From: Methylocystaceae bacterium
Lineage (GTDB): Bacteria; Pseudomonadota; Alphaproteobacteria; Rhizobiales; Beijerinckiaceae
Assembly (NCBI GenBank): GCA_014190435.1
Contig: BJGJ01000003.1
Location: 5,552 to 69,551, forward strand
Direction of reading: 5' to 3'
DNA length: 64,000 nt
Position 1 is the first letter of the stretch, and each line of letters begins with the position of its first letter. The translations under genes were made by a program, and so were the position numbers. Below, piece by piece: positions 32,412-47,300 of this stretch. The notes under the pieces were generated by a model. That model had not been told where the DNA came from and did not search any database. It saw only the letters and a program-made list of their open reading frames with translations.

Positions 32412-32956
32412 TTTTTATTTTGTTCTTCGGGAAGCTTCTTGAGCTCCTGGGTATATCGGCGGCCATTCTCTACATAATGTTTTGCAGATTCTAAATGACG
32501 CATCCGCGCCTCATCCCCGAGAGAGCGAATAACTTTTGCTGGCGCACCAACAATGAGGGAATAGTCAGGAAATTCTTTTCCCTCAGTCACCAGTGCGTTA
32601 GCGCCAACGAGAGAATTTTTACCAATTTTAGCGCCATTTAAGATGGTTGCGCCCATGCCGATGAGGCTATTGTCATCGATCGTGCAGCCATGAAGAATGA
32701 CATTATGTCCAATCGTGCAGTCAGCCCCGATCGTTAATGGAAACCCCATATCAGTATGAAGAATGCTGTTATCTTGAATGTTCGTGCGTGGGCCAATTGT
32801 GATCCATTCATTATCGCCGCGTAAAACGCAATTAAACCAAATATTGGCGTCTTCGAGGAGCTCGACGCGACCGATCAAATGGGCTCCCGGAGCAATGAAG
32901 TATTGGCCGTTGTTAGGCAGGCGCGGGCTTATATTTTCTAACGAATAAAGAGGCAT
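32408..32956 (-). CDS. Gamma-carbonic anhydrase family protein
   Basis: LRGDNE, NIQDNSILH, IGHNVILHGC hexapeptide repeats. Confidence 0.93.
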   Translation of the reverse strand: MPLYSLENISPRLPNNGQYFIAPGAHLIGRVELLEDANIWFNCVLRGDNEWITIGPRTNIQDNSILHTDMGFPLTIGADCTIGHNVILHGCTIDDNSLIGMGATILNGAKIGKNSLVGANALVTEGKEFPDYSLIVGAPAKVIRSLGDEARMRHLESAKHYVENGRRYTQELKKLPEEQNKN

Positions 32957-33174
32957 AAGTATTAAACCCTCAAGTCAAAAATTTTTTAGACCGAGCTTCG
33001 CACGCTACTCCAGTGTGCTTGCCCGTTAGGCTCTAGTGTAGGCCTGCTTGCAGCCAGGAACCGAAACGATTAGAGCAAGATAGGACTTTTTTGCTGGACT
33101 TTTTCCTACAGGCTGAACAATAAAGCTTTAAATGAGGCGGGCTTTTGCATGAATGAGCCTGCGCGCCTCTCGAG

Positions 33175-34866
33175 TTGGAGACTAGTTCCCTGAACGGCGA
33201 GAATGCACGCAATTATCCGATCGCTAGCCGCGCTCTCAAAACCCGGCTCTTGCGACGCCTGAGAGCTTTATATCATTCTCTTCGCGCGCGCGCGATATCA
33301 ACGCCAAAGCGCTTATGGGTCGCCCCACCCCAGATCCGCGCAATCGACCCAACGATCGCTAATGAAATCCGAGCGGGTTATTTTTCTTTTGAGGGGAAAA
33401 CTCTACGATTGAGAGATGAGGGATCTATCTTTCGCCAGCCGGGGCCAGGCCCAGGGTGGCGGCGGGCGCTATTTGGATTTTCCTGGATCCGTCACCTGCG
33501 AGAGAATGACGCGGCAGCCAGTCAAAAATTCGTCAATGATTACTTAAATCTGATGCGTGTTGATTCAGTCGACTCGGCCTATGAGCCCGCTGTTGTCGCG
33601 TGCAGGCTATTGTCATTTCTTTCACAATCCCCGGTAATTTTAAATGGATGTGACGCTGGATTTTATGACGCATTCATGCAGACGCTGACACAAGACGTTC
33701 GCTTTTTATGGTGTGCGCTCTTCGCCTATCAAACTCACGGTTTAGAAAGGATTGTATGCGCTATTGCTTTGCTTGAATTTTCTGTTTGCGCTGATACCGG
33801 CGCAGCAATAGTTCCGCGTGCACAACAACTGCTTTCAGATGAACTTAATCAACAAATCACCAGTGACGGGGCTCATATTAGTCGGCATACTCAGGCGACA
33901 GTTGAGTTACTACTTGATCTCTTGCCGTTACGACAGCTATTTGCCGCGCGCGGCTTGCCTCTGGGGGAAACAATATCGCGCGCTATAGACCGAATGATGC
34001 CATTCTTGCGCATGATGCAGCACGGCGATGGTTCTATGGCGTTATTTAACGGCGCTGGTGAAACTGCTTTAGGCCAGTTAGCGAGTGTTCTTTCCTATGA
34101 GGATACGCGCGGCGTTTCTCCACTCAATGCGCCTTACGCAGGCTACCAAAGATTAGAAGCAAATGATGCGTTAATTCTAATTGACGCTGGCGCGCCGCCG
34201 CCAGTGGCGTTTTCAGCCAATGCCCATGCAGGATGCTTGTCTTTTGAATTTTCTTTGGGCGTCGAGCGGGTTATCGTTAATAGTGGCGCACCCTCTGCGC
34301 AACAAAGTAATTTACGCAATCTAGCTCGCGAAACATCAGCGCATTCCACGCTTATGCTAGATAATAGATCTTCTGCGCGTATTGATTTTAATACTCATCT
34401 TCTCAATGGTGAAAAATATCTTCTTGATGGCCCAGGCATCGTCACCGTTGAAAGGACAAAATTAGAAGATCGAGTGGCGATTGCTTTGACGCATGATGGA
34501 TATGTTAGAGAGCTTGGCCTAATCCATTCTCGGACGTTAACTCTTCAAAAAGATGGGGCGCTTTTTTCAGGAAGAGACTGTTTGTTCCCCGCACATAGCG
34601 AATTAATCCGGCGAAAATGTGATTTTATTATTCGGTTTATTTTTCATCCTCGTATCAATCTTGACGCTTGCGAATGGGGTGTTGTTATTATGTTAGCAAG
34701 CGGACAAAAATTATTATTCGAGGTTATCGGGGCGTCGCTCAATGTTGAAGAGAGCGTGTTTCTCGCCAGTCCCGCAGGAGCGCGTAGATGCCAGCAAATA
34801 TTATTAAAAGGTGAGGCCACGGAAAAGACGGATGTATCTTGGTCTTTCCGGCGACTTGAGCCCTAG
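33175..34866 (+). CDS. Heparinase II/III family protein; start uncertain
   Basis: [35 protein letters not shown]; upstream of purH as in many Alphaproteobacteria. Confidence 0.85.
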   Translation: METSSLNGENARNYPIASRALKTRLLRRLRALYHSLRARAISTPKRLWVAPPQIRAIDPTIANEIRAGYFSFEGKTLRLRDEGSIFRQPGPGPGWRRALFGFSWIRHLRENDAAASQKFVNDYLNLMRVDSVDSAYEPAVVACRLLSFLSQSPVILNGCDAGFYDAFMQTLTQDVRFLWCALFAYQTHGLERIVCAIALLEFSVCADTGAAIVPRAQQLLSDELNQQITSDGAHISRHTQATVELLLDLLPLRQLFAARGLPLGETISRAIDRMMPFLRMMQHGDGSMALFNGAGETALGQLASVLSYEDTRGVSPLNAPYAGYQRLEANDALILIDAGAPPPVAFSANAHAGCLSFEFSLGVERVIVNSGAPSAQQSNLRNLARETSAHSTLMLDNRSSARIDFNTHLLNGEKYLLDGPGIVTVERTKLEDRVAIALTHDGYVRELGLIHSRTLTLQKDGALFSGRDCLFPAHSELIRRKCDFIIRFIFHPRINLDACEWGVVIMLASGQKLLFEVIGASLNVEESVFLASPAGARRCQQILLKGEATEKTDVSWSFRRLEP

Positions 34867-34930
34867 CTTAGAATTCCATAAAGCTGGGGGGCAGCGTCTT
34901 GCTCAATCTATTTCACGGGAAGGTATTAGA

Positions 34931-36523
34931 ATGTCGATAGATCAGCGTAAAATCTCTCGAGCCCTACTATCAGTCTCTGATAAAACTGGGGTGATAGAAT
35001 TTGCGCGCGCGCTAGCGAAAATTGGCATTGAGCTTGTATCAACGGGTGGTACGCGGAAAGCTTTAGCAGAGGCGGGTCTGAGCGTTCGTGATATTTCAGA
35101 TCTGACGCACTTTCCAGAAATGATGGATGGGCGGATAAAAACGCTGCATCCGAAAGTTCACGGCGGGCTTCTTGCGGTTAGAGAGAATCCTGAGCATGAA
35201 GCGGCTATGCTCGCTCATGATATTCAGCCAATCGATTTACTGGTTGTGAATCTTTATCCCTTTGAGGAGACGCTCGCAAAAAAAGCAAGCTTTGAGGAGT
35301 GCGTCGAGAATATTGATATTGGCGGGCCGGCGATGATCCGCGGAGCTGCAAAAAATCATCAGGATGTTGCAGTTATTGTCGATCCTGGCGATTATCAATG
35401 CATTATTGAAGAACTGCAAGAAACAGGCGGTACGACTCGGCTCGCGACTCGCTGCAAGTTGGCGCAGAAAGCATATGCGCGAACTGCCGCCTATGACGCC
35501 GCTATTTCTAATTGGCTGGCGGAGCAAATCAATGAGGAGCAACCCCCCGTAAGAGCTTTTGGCGGCCGTTTGGCGCAAGTGATACGTTATGGAGAAAATC
35601 CGCATCAGAAAGCAGGTTTTTATCTTACGACTGAAGCGCGTAAGGGCGTCGCAAGTGCTAAGCAAATACAAGGAAAACAGCTCTCCTATAATAATATTAA
35701 TGACACAAACGCCGCTTTTGAATGTGTCGCTGAATTTGATCCAGCGCGAACGGCTGCTGTGGCGATCATCAAGCACGCCAATCCCTGTGGCGTGGCTGAA
35801 GGAACAACGCTCGTTGAGGCTTATGAAAAGGCCTTGCGGTGTGATCCAGTTTCAGCCTTTGGCGGTATTGTCGCTCTAAATCGCAAGATTGATGTAGCGA
35901 CTGCTGAGGAAATTATAAAAATTTTTACAGAAGTGATTATTGCGCCAGATACAGACAGTGAAGCAATTAAAATCATCGGTATGAAAAAAAATTTACGCTT
36001 ACTTGTAACGGGTGGGTTACCAGATCCACGAGCTCCCGGCCAAGCTTTTCATAGCGTCGCCGGGGGATTTTTGGTTCAAACACGCGATCGCGCCGTTGTT
36101 GATGATATGGCGTTAACAGTAGTCACAAAGCGCGCGCCCACGGCGCATGAGCTCAACGATCTCAAATTTGCTTATCGTGTCGCGAAACATGTCAAATCTA
36201 ACGCTATTGTCTATGCAAAAGATTGCGCAACCGTAGGCATCGGCGCAGGTCAGATGTCACGAATAGACTCATCGCGCATAGCCGCGCATAAGGCGCAGGA
36301 GGCGGCAGAGGCGGCTCAGATCAGCGTAAGTCTTGCGCAGGGCTCAGTTGTTGCTTCGGATGCTTTCTTTCCATTCGCTGATGGATTGCTGGCTGCTGCT
36401 GCGGCCGGCGCAAGCGCGATTATTCAACCTGGCGGATCGATTAATGATAAAGATGTTATAGCTGCAGCTGATGCCCATAATCTCGCTATGGTCTTTACTG
36501 GAGTGCGTCATTTCAGACATTAG
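34931..36523 (+). CDS. purH: Bifunctional AICAR transformylase/IMP cyclohydrolase
   Basis: [35 protein letters not shown]; start re-called at ATG 34931. Confidence 0.97.
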   Translation: MSIDQRKISRALLSVSDKTGVIEFARALAKIGIELVSTGGTRKALAEAGLSVRDISDLTHFPEMMDGRIKTLHPKVHGGLLAVRENPEHEAAMLAHDIQPIDLLVVNLYPFEETLAKKASFEECVENIDIGGPAMIRGAAKNHQDVAVIVDPGDYQCIIEELQETGGTTRLATRCKLAQKAYARTAAYDAAISNWLAEQINEEQPPVRAFGGRLAQVIRYGENPHQKAGFYLTTEARKGVASAKQIQGKQLSYNNINDTNAAFECVAEFDPARTAAVAIIKHANPCGVAEGTTLVEAYEKALRCDPVSAFGGIVALNRKIDVATAEEIIKIFTEVIIAPDTDSEAIKIIGMKKNLRLLVTGGLPDPRAPGQAFHSVAGGFLVQTRDRAVVDDMALTVVTKRAPTAHELNDLKFAYRVAKHVKSNAIVYAKDCATVGIGAGQMSRIDSSRIAAHKAQEAAEAAQISVSLAQGSVVASDAFFPFADGLLAAAAAGASAIIQPGGSINDKDVIAAADAHNLAMVFTGVRHFRH

Positions 36524-36591
36524 GAATTAATTTGAGCAATGAGTTAAGTCAACAAAGGCGTGTCGATAAGAGATTATAGTTAGAATTGAAT

Positions 36592-36610
36592 AAGGCGGTT
36601 TAACCGTCTT
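36592..36610. terminator. Hairpin between convergent purH and prfA (possible bidirectional terminator)
   Basis: AAGGCGGTT-T-AACCGTCTT with one G-U pair. Confidence 0.45.
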
Positions 36611-36674
36611 GTCAGATTTTGACTAAAGCAACGCAAATATTTAAAAATTAAATATTCTCGTCATCGTGCAATTA

Positions 36675-37745
36675 TCAATCAGCGTTATTGGCTAAGAGTT
36701 TTTGTTGATGATCTGTAATTAAAGCATCAATAATTTCATCCATTTCCCCTTCCATGACTCTATCGAGTTTATAGAGCGTGAGATTGATGCGGTGGTCGGT
36801 GACGCGGCCTTGGGGGAAATTATAAGTGCGGATTCTTTCGGATCGATCCCCTGAGCCTACTTGCTGTTTGCGGTCATCAGAGCGTTCTTTGTCTAATCTT
36901 TGGCGTTCCGCATCATAAAGTCGTGAACGTAGAATAGCCATTGCCTTTGCTCGGTTGCGATGTTGTGATCGTTCTTCTTGCATCATAACAACAATGCCGC
37001 TTGGGATATGTGTGATGCGGATAGCAGACTCTGTCTTATTAACGTGCTGTCCGCCTGCGCCGCCTGCGCGCATGGTTTCAATATTTAGGTCCTTGTCATC
37101 AATAGCGATATCGACATCTTCTGCTTGCGGCAAAACAGCCACAGTTGATGCAGAGGTGTGGATTCGTCCTTGTGTTTCTGTATCTGGGACGCGTTGAACG
37201 CGATGGACGCCAGATTCAAATTTTAGTTTTCCATAGACGCCGCGTCCTAATATTTCAGCGACGATTTCCTTAAATCCGCCGAGTGCGCCAGGACTTTCAG
37301 AAACCAGTTCCATACGCCAGCCCTGCAATGCGGCGTATTTTTGATAAGCGCGGAAAAGGTCGCCGGTAAAAAGAGCAGCCTCATCGCCGCCTGTGCCAGC
37401 GCGTAGTTCAAGAATAACGCCTTTTTCATCTGCCTCATCTTTTGGTAAAAGGGCGACTTGTAATGCTTGTTGTGCTCTTTCCAAATTTACTGCGGCAATT
37501 TGTTTTTCGCTTTCGATCAGTGAGTACATCTCACTATCAGTTGAAGGATCGCTGAGCATTGCATCAAGATCATTGATCTCTTGTTGTGATATGCGCCAGC
37601 TTTCTATTGCTTCAACAACGCTTTCCAAAGTGGCGCGTTCCCGGGAGAGGGCGACATAGCTCTGCCCCTCAGCGCCTGCGGAAAGCTTCGCACTGATTTC
37701 ATCAAAACGACGCATGATAAGATTAAGCTTGTCTGGTGAGAACAT
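36675..37745 (-). CDS. prfA: Peptide chain release factor 1
   Basis: GGQ motif, RVPDTE (PxT), RTYNFPQ. Confidence 0.97.
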   Translation of the reverse strand: MFSPDKLNLIMRRFDEISAKLSAGAEGQSYVALSRERATLESVVEAIESWRISQQEINDLDAMLSDPSTDSEMYSLIESEKQIAAVNLERAQQALQVALLPKDEADEKGVILELRAGTGGDEAALFTGDLFRAYQKYAALQGWRMELVSESPGALGGFKEIVAEILGRGVYGKLKFESGVHRVQRVPDTETQGRIHTSASTVAVLPQAEDVDIAIDDKDLNIETMRAGGAGGQHVNKTESAIRITHIPSGIVVMMQEERSQHRNRAKAMAILRSRLYDAERQRLDKERSDDRKQQVGSGDRSERIRTYNFPQGRVTDHRINLTLYKLDRVMEGEMDEIIDALITDHQQKLLANNAD

Positions 37746-37794
37746 GGATTTTCAGTTCAGGCGAGGAGAAGGGGAGTAATTGAGAGATCAGAAG

Positions 37795-40062
37795 CTAGAC
37801 TGGGATATCTCGCATAAGTGCGAACTCTCTTAGTCTTTCTCTCACAGAGGGGGCACCATCATCAGAGGCGAGCAATGTCGCGAGATAGATCTGAGCCTCA
37901 TCAAGATTTAAATTTAAAATCATAGATTTTACAGGACCGATTGCTGCGGGCGACATGGAGAGCGACCGATAGCCCAGGGCGATAAGTGCAAGCGCCTCAA
38001 GCGGACGACCGCCCATTTCTCCGCAGAGCGTAACTGGCGTGTCAGCGCGCAAACCTGCATGCACGACCCGTTCTAAAGCTCGGAGTACGGGAGGCGATAA
38101 ATTGTCATAACGCTTAGAAACGCGCGTGTTATCCCGATCGGCTGCATACATATATTGAACAAGGTCATTAGATCCCACTGAGAGGAAATCCACGCGTTGT
38201 GCGATGAGATCAATTTCCCAAAGGATGGAGGGAACCTCTATCATGGCTCCTAATTGTAGGGAGTGCGGCGGGGCGTATTTCCACCTTTTTATGTGATCGA
38301 GTTCGCCAAGCGCAATTTTTTTTGCCTCTTCAAATTCTGCAACATTTGCGATCATTGGAAACATAATACGCAAGTCTCTACCTGCGCCGGCTTTGAGGAT
38401 GGCGCGGATCTGCATTCTCAACAGGGCGGGACGATCGAGGCCAATTCGAATGGCGCGCCAACCCAGCGCTGGATTTTCTTCCTCAATCTTAATCATATAG
38501 GGAAGAATTTTATCTGAGCCGATGTCCAATGTACGAAATGTTACGGGCTGATCAAACGCAGCGTCTAAAACATCTTTATAAAACCGACGCTGTTCTTCCA
38601 TTCGTGGAAAACGAGGCGCAAGCATAAATTGCAGTTCAGTGCGAAACAGGCCAATCGAGTCAGCCCCAGTTTCCGCAAGATGCGGCATGTCGATCGCAAG
38701 ACCCGCATTCATATGAAGTTTAATCTCGACGCCGTCTTTCGTGATAGCGGGGACATCACGCAATCGCGCATATTGTTCCTGTCGACGCGCTCTCAGTCGG
38801 GCTTTTTCAGCATAGGCGCTTTGTACGTCAGGTTGAGGACGAACATGCGCTTCCCCCGTTGATCCGTCAATGATAATTGGATCGCCCGTATCGACAATAT
38901 CGATGATGCCAGACACTGGCCCAACTGCAGGAATGCCGAGCGCGCGTGCAACAATTGCGACATGACTCGTTGGTCCGCCCTCTTCAAGAACGAGACCGCG
39001 CAAGCGTTTAGGGTCATAGTCCAGCAAGGCGGCTGGCCCCATAGTGCGTGCGACAATAATGGCGTTATCCGACATGCTGCTGCGATCAGCCACATAACTT
39101 TGACCAGTTAATTGATGCAAAAGCCGATTAGCGATGTCGTCAAGATCATGTAGTCGATCGCGAAGATAAGGGTCTGTTTGACGTTGCATACGGGCCCGCG
39201 CGTCATTTTGCACGCGTTCGACAGCTGCTTCCGCTGTTAGGCCAGACATGACTGCTTCTTGGAGGCGACGCACCCATCCGCGGTCATTGGCCACCATCCG
39301 AACGGTTTCTAGTACATCGCGATGCTCACCTGCGCCCATGCGATCGCCATGGGCGACGAGTTCATCAATTGTAACGCGCATCGCGTCAATCGCTTGTTCA
39401 AGACGTGCGAGCTCACCTGAAATATCCTCAGCAATAAGTTGTTTTATAATAACGCGAGGTTCATGAAGCAGCACATGTCCAAGCCCGATCCCCTCAACGA
39501 TAGGCGCGCCTTTAATCGATACTGGTCGATAAAGCGCAAGATCTCGAGGATCTTGGATTGCTTGGAGCTCTCCGGAAGCGATGAGTTCCGCGAGCAACAT
39601 CGCCGTTGTTTGAAGCGCTTCTATTTCTTCTTCAGAGTAAACGCGTCGGACCTTATTTTGCACGACCAATACGCCCAGCGTATTGCCACCCCGCAAGATC
39701 GGCACGCCAAGGAAGGAATGATACGCCTCCTCGCCTGTCTCTGGTTTGTAAGAAAAGGCCGGGTGATCCTGTGCTTCTGAAAGCGCAAGCGGCTCAGCGC
39801 TTTTGGCGATTAAGCCGACAAGGCCCTCGCCTGTGAGCATGGTTGTCAGATGGACGGCTTCACGATTGAGGCCTTCGGTTGCATATAATTCCAATCGTTG
39901 ATCTGCACGTAGAACATATACAGAACAGACTTCCGCCACCATATTCGTGGCGATTTGAATAACGATCTTGTCCAGGCGCGTTTGTGCGCTAACCGACTCT
40001 GCGCTGATTTCGCGCAGGCGGCGCAACAAAAGGCGGGGGCCGCCAAGAGCGCTACGCATCAA
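37795..40062 (-). CDS. ptsP: PTS enzyme I-Ntr (GAF-PtsI)
   Basis: N-terminal GAF (AEVCSVY), phospho-His TSHVAI, GLFRTE, NDLVQY, CGEM. Confidence 0.96.
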   Translation of the reverse strand: MMRSALGGPRLLLRRLREISAESVSAQTRLDKIVIQIATNMVAEVCSVYVLRADQRLELYATEGLNREAVHLTTMLTGEGLVGLIAKSAEPLALSEAQDHPAFSYKPETGEEAYHSFLGVPILRGGNTLGVLVVQNKVRRVYSEEEIEALQTTAMLLAELIASGELQAIQDPRDLALYRPVSIKGAPIVEGIGLGHVLLHEPRVIIKQLIAEDISGELARLEQAIDAMRVTIDELVAHGDRMGAGEHRDVLETVRMVANDRGWVRRLQEAVMSGLTAEAAVERVQNDARARMQRQTDPYLRDRLHDLDDIANRLLHQLTGQSYVADRSSMSDNAIIVARTMGPAALLDYDPKRLRGLVLEEGGPTSHVAIVARALGIPAVGPVSGIIDIVDTGDPIIIDGSTGEAHVRPQPDVQSAYAEKARLRARRQEQYARLRDVPAITKDGVEIKLHMNAGLAIDMPHLAETGADSIGLFRTELQFMLAPRFPRMEEQRRFYKDVLDAAFDQPVTFRTLDIGSDKILPYMIKIEEENPALGWRAIRIGLDRPALLRMQIRAILKAGAGRDLRIMFPMIANVAEFEEAKKIALGELDHIKRWKYAPPHSLQLGAMIEVPSILWEIDLIAQRVDFLSVGSNDLVQYMYAADRDNTRVSKRYDNLSPPVLRALERVVHAGLRADTPVTLCGEMGGRPLEALALIALGYRSLSMSPAAIGPVKSMILNLNLDEAQIYLATLLASDDGAPSVRERLREFALMRDIPV

Positions 40063-40658
40063 CTCTGTTCCTGTTTCTCTATGTCAGTTATACTTCGTGT
40101 TCTTATGAGGCTCCCTAGGGCCGTTAGGTCAAGACCTATCGCGGATCTAGAAATTGTGAGGATCGATATGATTATCTCACAATCTCATGATATTAATGTT
40201 GGAAATATAGAAGAAATAAAACTAAAAAAACGAAATCGACGCTGGCTACGTCGGGACCAAGATGTCGATTTCAAGACGCCCAGGCGATGTCAAAGGGTAG
40301 ATATTAGTCAACAACAAATTATTTGATAAGAATCAAAGAATCCTAGTTGGTTCACATCTGTTCTCCTCACGTGCGCCCCTTTCACCCGCGCTCCTTTCGC
40401 CCGCCGACGCTTAGGGCCACAACATGTTCTGGCAAAGTCCATACCGTATTTTACCAAGAATTGATTCAACTTGCGGATCTAACCTGAAGCCACTAGTGAA
40501 AAAGCCGTATTCCCGGCTTAGTTGAAGCTTGCCGGGGCGCGAGGAGGGCGAGGCTTGGGCCGTAACTTTAACGGCTTAAGGATTACGGGTTCGTGACCCT
40601 CCATGACCGTCGCATCGCGGCGCGCATTCGAAGAAGAGTCTTTAGCCGAGAAGAGAAT

Positions 40659-45634
<4,976 letters not shown>

Positions 45635-45644
45635 CCATAAGCTG

Positions 45645-46301
45645 TTAAACAGCTTTCGCTCCTGGTGTCTCATTATTTCGATAGGCCGTGCCAAATACGT
45701 AATCCCACCAAATAGCATGCACGCCAAATCCTTTTTCAGCATCCCGAAAATGATGCAGCATATGAAGTCTTTTTACTAATTTTCCAAGCTCTGAAGTTGG
45801 TTGACTATGATGCGTCCAATAGTGAACGCAATCATAAATCACATAGCCTATGATGAATCCTGCAAGGGCTGACCACATAAATGGCGCACCGAAAATAAGA
45901 TAAATAATCGACATCGCTATCACCATAATTGGCCCAGAGAGTAAGGGCGGCATAACAAGTCGAAGGGGGTCATTCGGGTAAACGTGATGAACGCCATGAA
46001 TAAGAAATTGGAATTGCGGTCCTAGACCAAATGGCAGAGAGAAGATGGTATGAAAAAGAAATCGATGGCCAAAATATTCTGTGAGCGTCCATCCAATATA
46101 GCCAAGAAAGACGCCAAGCAGCGTCAACGGCAAGCTGACGAGCGTTAGAGAATAAAAGATAAGTCCTAAAAAGATTGGCGTATAGATAATCACTGGCGTG
46201 AGATGGTGAACGCGCGAGAGTTTATCGAGCAGATTATTTTGAAACAGGCGGGGAGACGCCTCAAGAGATTCTGTCGGATTCTGATTATGTTGGTCAGACA
46301 T
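45645..46301 (-). CDS. Sphingolipid fatty acid 2-hydroxylase-like diiron enzyme (Scs7/FA2H family, no cytochrome b5 domain)
   Basis: WTLTEY..HRFLFH, HGVHH..P.D..RLVMPP, YD..HY.THH, HMLHH, WD.VFGT. Confidence 0.85.
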   Translation of the reverse strand: MSDQHNQNPTESLEASPRLFQNNLLDKLSRVHHLTPVIIYTPIFLGLIFYSLTLVSLPLTLLGVFLGYIGWTLTEYFGHRFLFHTIFSLPFGLGPQFQFLIHGVHHVYPNDPLRLVMPPLLSGPIMVIAMSIIYLIFGAPFMWSALAGFIIGYVIYDCVHYWTHHSQPTSELGKLVKRLHMLHHFRDAEKGFGVHAIWWDYVFGTAYRNNETPGAKAV

Positions 46302-46304
46302 TGA

Positions 46305-47300
46305 TTACTCCGCTGGCGATATAGAGATCGCCGAACGATCGGCGGCTTGCGTCACATTTTCAGAACGCGTGCCGAGCGAATAGCTTGGGTCAAAAATAAA
46401 GGTAACGAGTAAGGCGAACCAAGAGCGATGGCAGGTTAGGGTGTTATAAAACTCCGGCGCAATTAGCGTTAATTGAGGCAACCGGGTCCAAGGAATTTCA
46501 TGAAAGTCATGATGCTCATTGTGAAATCCAATATTTAACGCCAGCGTATTGAGCGAGCCATAATAATCAAATGTTCCTTGATTCGGCGCAAAGGCAAAAT
46601 GCTCTTGTAGCCATCTTGCGCTCAAGGGATGGAGTCCGCCAACCGAAAACCAAAAAGAGAAAAATAGATAAAGCAGGGCATTAGGTCCCAAAGCAATTAA
46701 AACAAAGAGATCAAAAAGGATAATGACCGCTGCGTTAATATAGGTCCACTGCCCCCAAATCGGCACAGTCCCTTTTAATCGGTTTAATCGGGCCAACTGG
46801 ATGGCGGGAAAGGCGAAAAGCCATAACGCCTTGCGCCATGTGCTGTTGCCAACCCAGTCAACTTCCCACTGACTAGGAATATCTGCATCATAGTCATAAG
46901 CAGAAAGGTGGGAATGATGTTTGATATGATAACAGCGAAATCCCATAGCTGTTGGGAAAGCATTCGACAGATCAGCAAGGATCGCTGTCCACTTATTGGC
47001 AAGCGGACTGTCAAAAACGCAGTTATGAATGGCATCGTGGATGATCACAAAATTAGCATGATTTGCGAAAGCGCCAACGCCAATGGCTAAGATCAGTGAG
47101 AACCACCAATAGTCTAGCCCCAGATATCCCATCATAGCAGCAAGCGTTAGCTGTAGGATAAAGATGCCGAGCGCAATTTTGAATGTGAGCGGATCTTTTC
47201 CAAAAAGATCCTGCACCTGGGGGTATTTTTCTAAGATCATGCGGCGACGCTCAACATGGGAGCGATCTGCGCCAGTAGAAGTTACCGAAATGCCGCTCAT
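46305..47300 (-). CDS. Sphingolipid delta-4 desaturase/C4-hydroxylase (DEGS/DES family)
   Basis: N-terminal Lipid_DES-like HVERRRMILEKYPQVQDLFGKDP; His boxes HDAIH, HIKHH, HNEHH; YYGSLN..ALNIGFHNEHHDF..IP...LP....IAPEFY; ATG 47300 overlaps the upstream stop. Confidence 0.85.
   Translation of the reverse strand: MSGISVTSTGADRSHVERRRMILEKYPQVQDLFGKDPLTFKIALGIFILQLTLAAMMGYLGLDYWWFSLILAIGVGAFANHANFVIIHDAIHNCVFDSPLANKWTAILADLSNAFPTAMGFRCYHIKHHSHLSAYDYDADIPSQWEVDWVGNSTWRKALWLFAFPAIQLARLNRLKGTVPIWGQWTYINAAVIILFDLFVLIALGPNALLYLFFSFWFSVGGLHPLSARWLQEHFAFAPNQGTFDYYGSLNTLALNIGFHNEHHDFHEIPWTRLPQLTLIAPEFYNTLTCHRSWFALLVTFIFDPSYSLGTRSENVTQAADRSAISISPAE

Noticed and set aside
36555-36590. dif-like site (GTGTCGATAA...TTATAGTTAG)
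   Set aside because: Arm spacing and the XerD arm do not fit the 11-6-11 consensus.
39955-40326. 123-aa plus-strand ORF in the ptsP upstream gap
   Set aside because: Overlaps ptsP antisense, has no motifs and no clear RBS.
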